Below, piece after piece: positions 35,744 to 45,500 of a stretch of DNA of 64,000 nucleotides. A model generated the notes under the pieces. That model searched no databases. It saw only the letters and a program-made list of their open reading frames with translations, and was not told the DNA's origin. Position numbers and translations under genes: made by a program. The DNA is taken from contig CAWGVE010000044.1 in NCBI GenBank assembly GCA_963825805.1, positions 29,131-93,130 on the forward strand. Reading direction: 5' to 3'. How positions within the stretch are numbered: position 1 is the first letter of the stretch; the number at the start of each line of letters is the position of its first letter. This DNA comes from an uncultured Actinomycetes bacterium (GTDB lineage Bacteria; Actinomycetota; Thermoleophilia; Gaiellales; Gaiellaceae).

Positions 35744-35813
35744 TGAAGGGCCGATTGTAGCCCGGCCCAACCGACGTAACCGACGCCGCCGAGGCTCCGT
35801 TACAGGGACGGAG

Positions 35814-37514
35814 ATGAACGCAGCCTCCGAAGCAACTGTTGCCGATCGCCGTACCGCCGGCGCGCCCGCACCGGAACGTTCTCGTGGCCTGCGCAGGGAG
35901 ATCGGATTCATCGGGCTGCTCTGGGCCTCGGGCGGCTCGATCATCGGCTCCGGCTGGCTGTTCGGCGCCCAGAAGGCGCTCGTCGCCGCCGGCCCCGCGG
36001 CGATCATCTCGTGGGGGATCGGCGCGCTCGCCATCTTCCTCCTCGCGCTGACGCACGCCGAGCTGGGCGGGATGTGGCCCGTCGCCGGCGGAACCGCGCG
36101 CTTCCCGCACTACGCGTTCGGCGGCGGCGCCGGCGCGTCCTTCGGCTGGTTCTCGTGGCTGCAGGCGGCCACCGTCGCGCCGATCGAGGTGCTCGCGATG
36201 ATCACTTACGGCCAGCATTACTCGTTCGCGAAAGGGTGGATGAAGACCACCAGCGGCGGCACGAGCGTCCTGACCGCGAGCGGGATCGTGGCGGCGGTGA
36301 TCCTGATGGCGATCTTCACCTCGATCAACTTCCTCGGGATCCGCCGGCTCGCGCACACGAACAGCGCGGCCACCTGGTGGAAGATCGGGATCCCGCTGCT
36401 GACGATCTTCGTCCTCGGCATCGTCAATTTCCACGCGAGCAACTTCACGGCCGCGGACGGCTTCAATCCCTTCGGCGCGAAGGGCGTGCTCGCGGCGGTC
36501 TCGACGAGCGGGATCATCTTCGCGCTGCTCGGCTTCGAGCAGGCCGACCAGCTCGCCGGCGAGAGCGCGCGGCCGAAGCGCGACATCCCGCGGGCGGTGA
36601 TCATGTCGGTGATCATCGGCGCGGTCATCTACATCGCGCTCCAGGTGATCTTCCTCGGCGCGCTGCCGCCCTCGCAGATCGGGCATACCTGGGCGCACGG
36701 CGCGTACACGACGATGACCGGTCCCTTCGCCCAGCTCGCGACGCTCGTCGGTGTCGGCTGGCTCGCGGCGATCCTCTACGTCGACGCGATCATCTCGCCG
36801 GGCGGGACGGGGCTCATCTACACGACCTCCAGCTCGCGCGTCTCGTACGGCCTGAGCCGGAACGGCTACTTCCCGACCGCGTACGAGTCGACGGACAAGC
36901 GCGGCGTGCCGTGGTTCGGCCTGATCACGGCGTTCGTCGTCGGCTGCGTCTGCTTCCTCCCGTTCCCGAGCTGGACGTCTCTCGTCGGGCTGATCACGGC
37001 CGCAAGCGTGCTGATGTACGGCGGCGCACCGCTTGCGCTCGGCGTCTTCCGGCGGCGGCTGCCGAACGCCGAGCGGCCGTATCGCGCGCCGTTCGGGACG
37101 GTGCTCGCGCCGGTCTCGTTCATCGTGGCGAACCTGCTCATCCTCTGGTCGGGCTGGGACACCGTCTGGCGGCTCGGCGTCGCGATCCTCATCGGCTACG
37201 TGATCCTCGCCGCGACCCGGATCTTCAACTGGAACTCGCGCTCGCCGCAGCTCGACCTGAAGGCCGCGAGCTGGCTCCCGTTCTACCTCGTCGGGATGGG
37301 CGCGATCGTCTACCTCAGCGACTTCGGGCCGATGGCGAATCCGGTCTTCCCGCTCTGGTGGGACATGGTCGCGGTCGGAGTCTTCAGCCTGATCATCTAC
37401 TTCTGGGCGCTCGCCGTCGCGCTGCCGACCGAGCGGATCGAGGAGATGATCGGCGCCGTCGAGCTGCCCGAAGAGGACGGCGCCGCGAACGAGCCGCTGA
37501 CTCGCGAGACCTAG
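35814..37514 (+). CDS. APC-superfamily amino acid permease
   Basis: 566 aa with ~12-13 TM segments. The N-terminal GSIIGSGWLFG motif is typical of APC transporters. Confidence 0.85.
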   Translation: MNAASEATVADRRTAGAPAPERSRGLRREIGFIGLLWASGGSIIGSGWLFGAQKALVAAGPAAIISWGIGALAIFLLALTHAELGGMWPVAGGTARFPHYAFGGGAGASFGWFSWLQAATVAPIEVLAMITYGQHYSFAKGWMKTTSGGTSVLTASGIVAAVILMAIFTSINFLGIRRLAHTNSAATWWKIGIPLLTIFVLGIVNFHASNFTAADGFNPFGAKGVLAAVSTSGIIFALLGFEQADQLAGESARPKRDIPRAVIMSVIIGAVIYIALQVIFLGALPPSQIGHTWAHGAYTTMTGPFAQLATLVGVGWLAAILYVDAIISPGGTGLIYTTSSSRVSYGLSRNGYFPTAYESTDKRGVPWFGLITAFVVGCVCFLPFPSWTSLVGLITAASVLMYGGAPLALGVFRRRLPNAERPYRAPFGTVLAPVSFIVANLLILWSGWDTVWRLGVAILIGYVILAATRIFNWNSRSPQLDLKAASWLPFYLVGMGAIVYLSDFGPMANPVFPLWWDMVAVGVFSLIIYFWALAVALPTERIEEMIGAVELPEEDGAANEPLTRET

Positions 37515-38663
37515 TCACTCGACGACGACGGCGGCGGTGCGGAGCCGCACGCGTCGCACCGCCGCGAGTGCGCCGCCGCACAGTGCGGCGGCGACCAGGA
37601 ACGGGACGACGTCTCCGGTCGCGGCGGCCACGGCCCCTCCGGCCGCCGGGCCGATCAGGGCTCCCAGGGCCCAGGCGGCGTTCATGAGGCCGAAGGCCAT
37701 TCCCTGGGCCAGGCCGCTTCGCTCCGCGCCCTCCGCGATCAGGGCAAAGGCCGGCGTGAAGAGCACGCCGTACGCGCCGCTCGCGAGGATGAGCAGCGGG
37801 ACGTAGACGAGCGGGCGCGGCGAGAAGGCGAGCCCGACGGAGACCACGGCCCCCGCGGCGAGCGCCGCCCGCACCGGGAGCAGGACTCCGCGCCGGTCGA
37901 GCATCCGGCCGGCCAGCGGCGAGAGGGCGGTCTCGAACGCGGCGCCCACGAGCCAGACGGCTCCGATGGCGGCGGCGCCAAGACCGGCGTCCGACAGGTG
38001 GAGGGGCGCGAGCGTCGAGAGGACGCCGAAGAGGAGCGAGGGCAACGCCATCAGGGCGAGACCGCCGAGGAAGTACCTGTCCCGAAGCGCCCGCGCCATG
38101 GCGGACATCGAGGGGCTCTCCGCCGGGATCGACTCGAGCTGCAGCGTCCAGACCGCGAGGACGACGGCCAGGCCGGCCAGTGCCGTGAAGACCTCGGCCC
38201 GGCCGACGAGCGCAGCCACCGCTCCGACGACCGGCCCGAAGAGCGCGCCGAAGACGGCCGCGCCGAGCGCGGTCCCGATCAGCTGGCCTCGCCTCTCGCG
38301 CGGCGCGGCGGCGAGCAGCCAGGCGAAGGCGCCGGCCCACGTGAAGCCGCTGCCGCAGCCCTGCAGGAAACGGGCCGCCAGGAGGGCCCCGAAGCCCTGG
38401 GCGAAAGCAAAGCCGAGACTCGACAGCCCCATCAGCGTCAGCCCGACGAGTACGGCACGCCGGGCGCCGAGCCGGGCGGCGGCCGCTCCTCCCGGTATCC
38501 CGCCCACCAGCGCGCCGGCGGCATACGCGGCGACGAGCACGCCGGCGCCGGTCTTCGAGAGATGGAGCGTGTGCGCGAAGTGGGGCAGGAGCGGCGTGAG
38601 TGCCGCGTAGAGCATCGTGTCGACCGCGACGAGCGTGCAGACGAGGACGAGCAGGCGGCGCAT
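37515..38663 (-). CDS. MFS transporter
   Basis: ~12 TM segments. ATG 38663 (MRRLLVLVCTLVAVDTMLYAALTPLLP) is preferred over the longer track ORF. The stop abuts the convergent permease stop. Confidence 0.8.
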   Translation of the reverse strand: MRRLLVLVCTLVAVDTMLYAALTPLLPHFAHTLHLSKTGAGVLVAAYAAGALVGGIPGGAAAARLGARRAVLVGLTLMGLSSLGFAFAQGFGALLAARFLQGCGSGFTWAGAFAWLLAAAPRERRGQLIGTALGAAVFGALFGPVVGAVAALVGRAEVFTALAGLAVVLAVWTLQLESIPAESPSMSAMARALRDRYFLGGLALMALPSLLFGVLSTLAPLHLSDAGLGAAAIGAVWLVGAAFETALSPLAGRMLDRRGVLLPVRAALAAGAVVSVGLAFSPRPLVYVPLLILASGAYGVLFTPAFALIAEGAERSGLAQGMAFGLMNAAWALGALIGPAAGGAVAAATGDVVPFLVAAALCGGALAAVRRVRLRTAAVVVE

Positions 38664-38734
38664 TGGCGTCCAGCGTATGCGCGGCCTACCGTTCGGGTGT
38701 GACAGTTCGCGGTGTCGGTGCCGTATGGAGAGGC

Positions 38735-39268
38735 GTGAACGCCCTGCCGGCCGCTGTCCAACAGCCACGCCATGTGAGCTCGCCGGCTTTCGCGGACGTC
38801 GTCGCCGAGCATCTCGACGCCGTCTACGGCTACCTCGTCTACCTCACCGGCGACCGCGCGGCGGCCGAGGATCTCGCGGCCGAGACGTTCGAGCGCGCCT
38901 TCAAGAGCTGGCGCCGCTTCGACCCGCGCCGCGGCGCGCCGCGCACCTGGCTCTGCCGCATCGCGCACTCCGCCGCGGTCGACTGGTTCCGCGCCGAAGC
39001 GCGGCGGCAGAGGCGTGAGGAGACCTACAGCCGCGACGAGGCACAGCTGGGCGACACCGTCTTCGCCGAGGGTCTGTCCCCGGAGCTCGACCGCGCGCTG
39101 CAGCGGCTCACTCCCGCCGAGCGCGAGGTCGTGGCGCTGCGCGTGCTGCTCGAGCTCGACGGGCCGAGCGCGGCGCGCGTGCTCGGGATCAGCAGAACGG
39201 CTTGCTCGACCCGGCTCAGCCGGGCCCTGAAGAGACTCGAGGAGGAGATGTCCGATGTCCGCAGCTGA
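38735..39268 (+). CDS. ECF (sigma-70 family) RNA polymerase sigma factor; start approximate (GTG 38735 or 38774)
   Basis: Region 2: DRAAAEDLAAETFERAFKSW...WLCRIAHSAAVDWFR. Region 4: LTPAEREVVALRVLLELDGPSAARVLGISRTACSTRLSRALKRL. Confidence 0.8.
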   Translation: MNALPAAVQQPRHVSSPAFADVVAEHLDAVYGYLVYLTGDRAAAEDLAAETFERAFKSWRRFDPRRGAPRTWLCRIAHSAAVDWFRAEARRQRREETYSRDEAQLGDTVFAEGLSPELDRALQRLTPAEREVVALRVLLELDGPSAARVLGISRTACSTRLSRALKRLEEEMSDVRS

Positions 39269-40421
39269 CGCGGCTTTCGAGGGATACGAAGGGCTCGTGG
39301 CTGCGCTGCGGGCGAACCCACCGAGCGCGCCCGACGGGCTCCGCCAGCAGGTGCTGGCGGGCGAGCCGCGGCGCCGCCGTCTGCCGAGCCGGAGGCTGGC
39401 GCTCGTCGTCGTGCCGCTCGCCGTTGCGCTCGCCGTCGGCGCCGCGGTCGTGCACGGCTTCGTCAGCTCGGGGTCACAGCATGGTGCGGCAGCAGGGGTT
39501 GTCCCCCTGAATCCGACGCTCAAAGGCGCTCACCGCGAGGTGATTCAGCACGGCGCGAAGAACCTTGGGGCGCTGCAGTCGACGACGCCTGCGTGGGCGA
39601 CCGCGGGGAGGGTGGACGCGAGGCCGACGACGACGGTCGCAGCGGCCGGAGACCTGCTCCAGAACAAGAAGCTGACGACGGCTCAGAACCTCTACGCCCC
39701 GGACACCGCTGTCACCATCCCGCGCAACCGGCTCGTCCACGCCGACGCGACGCTGCAGGTTCGGGTGCCGAGCCATTCGGCGCTCACGAAGGCTACGAAC
39801 CAGGCGACGCAGATCGTCGGGTCGCTCGGCGGCTACGCGCAGAGCGTCCAGTACCAGAGCTCCCGCGACGGCACGGGGAACTCCTTCCTCCAGCTGCGCG
39901 TGCCGGTCGGCAAGGCCGAGACGGCGCTCGCGAAGCTCGGCTCGCTGGGGACGCTCGTCTCGCAGCAGGTCTCGACGCAGGACCTGCAACAGCAGCTCAC
40001 GCAACAGACGGATTCGATCGGCACGCTCCGGCGCGAGATCGCCGTCTATGTCCAGGCGCTCCAGAGCACGGCGCTCTCCGCGACCGAGCGCGTGGCCATC
40101 CAGATCAAGCTCGAGAACGCGCGGCACTCGCTCAAGGTGCTGAAGAAGGCCCGCACCGCCACGGTCGCCTCGGGCGCGACCGCCGACGTCTCGCTCACGC
40201 TGACGACGAACAAGGACGCAGGCATCGTCCCGGTTCACCACAGGAGCGGCCGCTTCGACCGGCTGCTCGGCTCGGCCGCCGGCTTCCTCGCGCTCGAGGG
40301 GATCATCGTCCTCTACGCCCTCGTCGTGCTCAGCCCGTTCCTCCTGCTCGGCGGCCTCACCTGGTGGCTCCTGCGCGAGCGGCGACGGCGTGAAGAGACC
40401 CGGCTGCTCGCTTCCGCCTGA
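39255..40421 (+). CDS. membrane protein with a DUF4349-like extracytoplasmic domain; putative anti-sigma partner
   Basis: It overlaps the sigma gene by 14 nt. It has an N-terminal cytoplasmic segment and a TM (LALVVVPLAVALAVGAAVV). A coiled region follows (QDLQQQLTQQTDSIGTLRREI) and a C-terminal double TM. The DUF4349 call is from memory of the family architecture. Confidence 0.65.
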   Translation: MSAADAAFEGYEGLVAALRANPPSAPDGLRQQVLAGEPRRRRLPSRRLALVVVPLAVALAVGAAVVHGFVSSGSQHGAAAGVVPLNPTLKGAHREVIQHGAKNLGALQSTTPAWATAGRVDARPTTTVAAAGDLLQNKKLTTAQNLYAPDTAVTIPRNRLVHADATLQVRVPSHSALTKATNQATQIVGSLGGYAQSVQYQSSRDGTGNSFLQLRVPVGKAETALAKLGSLGTLVSQQVSTQDLQQQLTQQTDSIGTLRREIAVYVQALQSTALSATERVAIQIKLENARHSLKVLKKARTATVASGATADVSLTLTTNKDAGIVPVHHRSGRFDRLLGSAAGFLALEGIIVLYALVVLSPFLLLGGLTWWLLRERRRREETRLLASA

Positions 40422-40439
40422 TCTGGTGAAATAGGGGCC

Positions 40440-40643
40440 GTGCTCGGCTCAGAGCTTCCGCTCGGCCACGAGATCGGCCTCATCGTCGTCGCGGCCGTCT
40501 TCATCGCCTTCGCGCTCGTGGCGTCGTTCGTCGTGCCGCGCTACAAGCCGGACTTCCCGGGCCCGAACGGGCTGGGGCCGTTCGTGATCGCGTCGATCGT
40601 CATGTTCGTGCTGATGGTCGCCGCCGTGAACTTCTTCGGCTAG
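40440..40643 (+). CDS. small two-TM membrane protein, function unknown
   Basis: 67 aa with two hydrophobic helices and G/C-rich third codon positions. Confidence 0.4.
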   Translation: MLGSELPLGHEIGLIVVAAVFIAFALVASFVVPRYKPDFPGPNGLGPFVIASIVMFVLMVAAVNFFG

Positions 40644-40671
40644 CGACCGGCAGCGCTAACCTTCGGACTCC

Positions 40672-40762
40672 GGAGAAGTGGCCGAGTGGCTGAAGGCGGC
40701 GCCCTGCTAAGGCGTTATGGGGCTGAATGGCTCCATCGAGGGTTCGAATCCCTCCTTCTCCG
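40672..40762 (+). tRNA. tRNA-Ser (anticodon GCT)
   Basis: GGAGAAGTGGCCGAGTGG...CCCTGCTAAGGCG...long variable arm...GGTTCGAATCCCTCCTTCTCCG. Class II tRNA. Confidence 0.9.
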
Positions 40763-40797
40763 CTAGCGCGACGGACCGCAAGGTCGCGCCCACCCGC

Positions 40798-40886
40798 GGA
40801 GGGGTGGCAGAGCGGTCGAATGCGGCGGTCTCGAAAACCGTTATCCGTCGTTAGGCGGATCGAGGGTTCAAATCCCTCCCCCTCCG
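40798..40886 (+). tRNA. tRNA-Ser (anticodon CGA)
   Basis: GGAGGGGTGGCAGAGCGG...GGTCTCGAAAACC...long variable arm...GGTTCAAATCCCTCCCCCTCCG. Confidence 0.9.
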
Positions 40887-41010
40887 CTCGTTCGCCTGTG
40901 AGCCGCACGGGTGAGCGAGTCCCGGGCTCACCGGCCTTTGTCACAAACGTTCCGCATGGTTGAGCCAGAAGCCTCGACCTGTGCCGCCGCGTCTGTCACG
41001 TTTCCGCCCG

Positions 41011-41526
41011 ATGCACGAGATAGAGGGCGTGACCGAGGACGAGGCGACACCGAGCCGGCATTACCCTGAGGTTTATCGCTACGTGCGGCGCCGCTCTCGG
41101 AGCCGGGAGGACGCCGAGGACCTCACGCAGACCGTCTTTGCGCAAGCGACGTCGATGCTCGAGCGCTCGACTGCCGGCTCGCCGCCGGTGCTCGCCTGGC
41201 TCTACACCGTCGCCCGGCGGCGGCTGATCGACGAGCACCGCCGCCGGAACGCGATCGAGGCGCGGATCATCCCTCTCGACGAGGCTCGCCTCGAGCACCG
41301 GCAGCCGGAGGGATACGGAATCGATGTCGCCCGCACGCTCGCTGACGGGATCGCCTCCCTCCCGGCGGAGCAGCAGGAGGTGGTCGTCCTGAAGGTGATC
41401 GAGGGCCGCCGCTTTGCGGAGATCGCGGCACGCCTCGGGGTCAGCGAAGACGCCTGTCGTACGAGACTCAGTCGGGCTCTACGGAGCCTGCGTATTCGAC
41501 TCGAGGAAGAAGGGATCACGCCATGA
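41011..41526 (+). CDS. ECF (sigma-70 family) RNA polymerase sigma factor; alternative TTG start at 40960
   Basis: Region 2: REDAEDLTQTVFAQA...WLYTVARRRLIDEHRR. Region 4: LPAEQQEVVVLKVIEGRRFAEIAARLGVSEDACRTRLSRALRSL. Confidence 0.75.
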   Translation: MHEIEGVTEDEATPSRHYPEVYRYVRRRSRSREDAEDLTQTVFAQATSMLERSTAGSPPVLAWLYTVARRRLIDEHRRRNAIEARIIPLDEARLEHRQPEGYGIDVARTLADGIASLPAEQQEVVVLKVIEGRRFAEIAARLGVSEDACRTRLSRALRSLRIRLEEEGITP

Positions 41527-42875
41527 ACCGGAGTTCAGGGACCTCGTTCGCCGACCCGGAGCTGGTCGAGCTCTTCGCCGACGAGCCGGAGCTGCTCGCG
41601 ATCGCCGACGCGATCGGGGCGACGGCTCCCGCCGGAGCGGAGCGCCGGCTGGCACGTGCCCCGCGGCGGCGACTCGTCGCTGCGGCGGTTCTCGTCGCCG
41701 CAGTGGCGGTGGTCGTGCTGGTCGCGCCGTGGCGGCGCTCGCACGGGACGCTTGCCGACCTCGCCCTGGCCGCGATCGGCTCAGGTCCGGTCGTGCACGT
41801 GGTCAGCGAGACGCCGACCGGCGGCGGGCTCGCCGACCTGAAGAACGGGACCGTGCGGCCGCTCGTGCAGCGCGACGAGGTCTGGTACGACGGCTCGCGC
41901 GGCCTGCGCCGCGATCTGGCCACGGTCGAATCGAAGATCGTCGACGACGAGCTCGAGACGCCGCAGGGTGGATTCGTGCCGGGCGGCAGGGTCTACGACT
42001 GCACGTGGATCGCAGCGCACCCGGTCGCGGCGACCAGGGCGCACGTGAGCTGCAACGCCTCGGGCGAGAACGGGACGAAGCCGCACGTCGTCCCGCGCCC
42101 GAAGCCGACGCTCGACCCCGGCCTGGCCGGCTTCGCCGACGGATACCGGAAGGCGCTCGCCTCCGGGGAGGCCCGCGAGGCGGGCTCGGGAACCGTCGAC
42201 GGGCGGAAGGTCGACTGGCTCGTGTTCCCGACGAGCGACAACGGCACCGAGCGAGTTGCGCTCGACCACGTCTCCCACAAGCCGATCCTCCTCGAATATC
42301 GGACCTCGACGACCCGGATCGTCGACATCGGCACGATCGCGTATGACGCCTCCGACTTCCCTCGCCCGCGAGCGAACGAGGTTCCCCCGCCGGCGGCCGG
42401 TGGGCGCAGCGAGGACATCTCCACGATCGCTCTCGCCGGCCCCGCGATCGCCGCCGCCTTGCCCGGCGCGGTCTGGGCCGGCCCGCGGATCGCAGGCCGG
42501 CCGCTCGTCCAGGCCACGAAGCAGACACTGACCGCCCGGTCCTTCAAGGCGCCTACCCGGACGGGCGCCGGTCTTGAGCTCACCTACGGCAGCGTCGACG
42601 GCCAGGACCATCTCGATCTGTCGCAGCCATACGTCGAGATCCAGGAAGCGGCCTCCCGGTCGCTCCTCTTGTTGGGGGGATTCGTCAGGCCCGGGATGCC
42701 GCCCGCGGGGAAGCTCTACCTCGATCCTGTACCCGGAGCTCGCCTCACCAGGGACACGCTCAGCCTCGGCGCAATGGTCTCCGGCGGCGTCTACGTCACG
42801 ATCCAGACGAACACGACTCCCACGACGGTCCTCGAAGTAGCCCACGCCCTCGTCCAGGCGGGCGCGGGACGGTGA
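41523..42875 (+). CDS. single-TM membrane protein with a large extracytoplasmic domain; putative anti-sigma/sensor partner
   Basis: ATG 41523 overlaps the sigma stop (ATGA). It has a short cytoplasmic N-terminus and a TM (LVAAAVLVAAVAVVVLVAPW). The ~380-aa external domain has no motif I recognise. Confidence 0.55.
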   Translation: MNRSSGTSFADPELVELFADEPELLAIADAIGATAPAGAERRLARAPRRRLVAAAVLVAAVAVVVLVAPWRRSHGTLADLALAAIGSGPVVHVVSETPTGGGLADLKNGTVRPLVQRDEVWYDGSRGLRRDLATVESKIVDDELETPQGGFVPGGRVYDCTWIAAHPVAATRAHVSCNASGENGTKPHVVPRPKPTLDPGLAGFADGYRKALASGEAREAGSGTVDGRKVDWLVFPTSDNGTERVALDHVSHKPILLEYRTSTTRIVDIGTIAYDASDFPRPRANEVPPPAAGGRSEDISTIALAGPAIAAALPGAVWAGPRIAGRPLVQATKQTLTARSFKAPTRTGAGLELTYGSVDGQDHLDLSQPYVEIQEAASRSLLLLGGFVRPGMPPAGKLYLDPVPGARLTRDTLSLGAMVSGGVYVTIQTNTTPTTVLEVAHALVQAGAGR

Positions 42876-42980
42876 CGAGGCTTGCGATCGGCGGGCTCCG
42901 CCTCCTTCGGTTTCGGCGTCACCTCGTTGGCGACAACGACACCGGACTGCGGTTGATCGGCGACCCAAGGAGGTCGAGTC

Positions 42981-45443
42981 ATGTCGAGTTTGCATTGGCT
43001 GCGCCGTGTGGGCGGGCGACACAAGGTGGCCATCGCCGTCGCCGTAGGCGTCCTGGTAGCGGGAGGGCTGTCGGCTTTCCTGACCCAGGGCTTTGCCGCG
43101 GCCGCCAGCTCCCCGAGAACACCCTGGCTTGATGCCCACAAGCCGGTGCAGGCGCGGGTGAACGCCCTGCTGGGCGCGATGACCCTGCCCGAGAAGGTCG
43201 GCCAGATGGACCAGCAGCTCGTCGACGACCTGACCGGCCCGTCCACTGCATGCGGCAGCCAGGGCTGGGCCGAGCTGAACGATGACTGCATGAAGACGTG
43301 GCTGGTCGACAACAACGTCGGCTCGCTGCTTGCGGGCGGCACGGACAACCCGCCGGACACGACCGGTCAGATGGGCAGCGGCAATACAGGTTACGACTGG
43401 GCCCACGAGTACAACCTGATCCAGAAGTACGCGATCCAGAACTCGCGGCTGCACATCCCGTTGATCTTCGGCGTGGACGCGGTCCACGGCTTCGGTCACC
43501 CCTGGCAGGCGCCGCTGTACCCGCAGTCGATCGGCATGGGGGCCACCTGGGATCCGTCGGCGGCCGAAGCCGGCGGCGTCGCAACGGCGAACGCGCTGCG
43601 GGCCACCGGCTGGGATTGGACCTTCGCCCCGGTGCAGGACCTCGCCCGCGACAACAGGTGGGGTCGCACTTACGAGACCTGGGCTGAGGAGCCCGTGCTG
43701 TCGGCGGCCATGGGCGCCGCCAATATCCGCGGCCTTCAGTCTTCGCCTCCCGCCGGCTCGCTCGGTGTCACCGCGACCGTCAAGCACTTCGCCGGCTACT
43801 CGCAGTCGATCAACGGCCACGACCGCAACGAGGCCCTGCTGCCGTTGAGCTACCTGCAGAGCGTGATCCTGCCGTCGTACGCCGGAGGCATCGATGCCGG
43901 AGCGGGCACCGTGATGGTCGACTCCGGCTCCATCAACGGCGTCCCCGCGACCGGGTCGCACTACCTGCTGACCGACATCCTCCGCCACCAGATGCACTTC
44001 CAGGGCGTAGTGATCAGCGATTACCAGGACGTGCAGGCGCTACAGACGGCCTACCACGTCGCCGCCAGCCCGGCTGAGGCGATCGCCGAGGCCGTGAACG
44101 CCGGTGTCGACATGGCCATGTACGTGACCAGCCCCGACCAGTGGCAGTCCGCCATCCTCCAGGACGTCCAGTCGCACGCGATTTCGATGGGGCGGATCAA
44201 TGAGGCAGTGGGGCGGATTCTCACGCTGAAGTTCCAGCTCGGCCTGTTCGACCAGCCGTGCGTCAGCGACCCGAACACGCCGTGCGTCGACGCCAACGCG
44301 GCCAACGCCGCGGTCACCGCCGGCCGGGGCGGCACGCTCAGCGCCGCCCAGGAATCGATGACGCTGCTGCGCAACCAGAGCAACACGTTGCCGCTTTCCC
44401 CGTCCGCCAAGGTCGTCGTCACCGGCCCGAGCGCCGACTCGATGACCAACCAGCTCGGCGGATGGAGCGTCAGCTGGCAAGGCGTCTTCGGTGCGGGTCA
44501 CGTGTGCTGCATGGGTCCGCCCGACCAGATTCCGCCCGGTACGACCGTGCAGGAGGGGGTCCTGAACGACGATCCCAACGCTGTCTACGTGGCGGACGGC
44601 AACACCGCCGCGAGCACGTCCGCCGACGCTTACGTCGTGGCGGTGGGCGAGAAGGCGTACGCCGAAGGGCTCGGCGACAACCCGGCGCCCCAGCTGCCGC
44701 CCGACCAGAAGGCGCTGATCAAGCAGCTCGAGGACACCGACAAGCCGGTGATCGTCGTCGTCATCGCCGGACGTCCGGTCGGCCTGGGGCCTGATGCGGA
44801 GCACGCGAACGGGATTCTGATGGCCTACCAGGGCAGCACCGAGGCCGGCCAGGCTGTCGCCGACGCGATCTTCGGCAAGATCGACCCGAGCGGCAAGCTG
44901 CCGATCAGCTGGCCGTCGGATGCCGCCGCGCCCGGTGGGGACTTCGACGGCAGTGCGCCGTCACCGCTGGGCGACCAGCCGAAGTTCTTCGACCAGCTGG
45001 GCGGCACCGGTTCCGGTCAGGGCCATGCGTACAACCCGCTGTACCCGTTCGGGTTCGGCCTGTCCTACACCACGTTCACGACCACCGATCTCTCGGTGAC
45101 ACCGGACGTCGCCCGGAACGGCACCGCGACGGCGACCTTCACGGTCACCAACACCGGGTCCCACAGCGGGACGGACATCGTTCCCGTCTACGTGGCCCAG
45201 CCGGTCAGCAGCGTGGTCGTGCCACCGCAGCGCCTGGTGGCCTTCACGCGCGTAACGCTCGACGCCGGAGAGCCCAAGACCGTGCACGTTCAGTTCCCGG
45301 TCTCCACGCTGGCCGAGACGCAGGGCGACATCAACGCGTCCGCACCGCCGAAGGCGGCCCCAGGGGCCTACATCGTCCAGTTGGACAGGAACACCACGAC
45401 CCCGTACAGCGTCGCGGCGTCGGCGCCGTTCACCATCCACTGA
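42981..45443 (+). CDS. glycoside hydrolase family 3 (beta-glucosidase-like) with a C-terminal Fn3-like domain; N-terminal signal/anchor
   Basis: AAGGAGG lies 8 nt before ATG 42981. LPEKVGQMDQ, GVDAVHGFGH, KHFAGYS, GVVISDY (nucleophile region), and C-terminal FGFGLSYTTF.... Confidence 0.85.
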   Translation: MSSLHWLRRVGGRHKVAIAVAVGVLVAGGLSAFLTQGFAAAASSPRTPWLDAHKPVQARVNALLGAMTLPEKVGQMDQQLVDDLTGPSTACGSQGWAELNDDCMKTWLVDNNVGSLLAGGTDNPPDTTGQMGSGNTGYDWAHEYNLIQKYAIQNSRLHIPLIFGVDAVHGFGHPWQAPLYPQSIGMGATWDPSAAEAGGVATANALRATGWDWTFAPVQDLARDNRWGRTYETWAEEPVLSAAMGAANIRGLQSSPPAGSLGVTATVKHFAGYSQSINGHDRNEALLPLSYLQSVILPSYAGGIDAGAGTVMVDSGSINGVPATGSHYLLTDILRHQMHFQGVVISDYQDVQALQTAYHVAASPAEAIAEAVNAGVDMAMYVTSPDQWQSAILQDVQSHAISMGRINEAVGRILTLKFQLGLFDQPCVSDPNTPCVDANAANAAVTAGRGGTLSAAQESMTLLRNQSNTLPLSPSAKVVVTGPSADSMTNQLGGWSVSWQGVFGAGHVCCMGPPDQIPPGTTVQEGVLNDDPNAVYVADGNTAASTSADAYVVAVGEKAYAEGLGDNPAPQLPPDQKALIKQLEDTDKPVIVVVIAGRPVGLGPDAEHANGILMAYQGSTEAGQAVADAIFGKIDPSGKLPISWPSDAAAPGGDFDGSAPSPLGDQPKFFDQLGGTGSGQGHAYNPLYPFGFGLSYTTFTTTDLSVTPDVARNGTATATFTVTNTGSHSGTDIVPVYVAQPVSSVVVPPQRLVAFTRVTLDAGEPKTVHVQFPVSTLAETQGDINASAPPKAAPGAYIVQLDRNTTTPYSVAASAPFTIH

Positions 45444-45452
45444 TCGACGAGG

Positions 45453-45486
45453 GGGATCGCCGCGTCGAACCCGGCGCGGCGATCCC
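45453..45486. terminator. 12-bp perfect hairpin (GGGATCGCCGCG-N10-CGCGGCGATCCC) between convergent genes; likely bidirectional terminator
   Basis: Read directly. It lies between the GH3 stop (45443) and the stop of the 45501 gene. No clear U-tract. Confidence 0.5.
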
Positions 45487-45500
45487 TCCGTCGGCGGCGT

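Noticed and set aside
40763-40797. Short hairpin (GCGCGAC...GTCGCGC) between the two tRNA-Ser genes as a possible regulatory element
   Set aside because: It is only a 7-bp stem in G/C-rich DNA. It is most simply a processing or spacer structure of a tRNA co-transcript, and there is nothing further to support a function.
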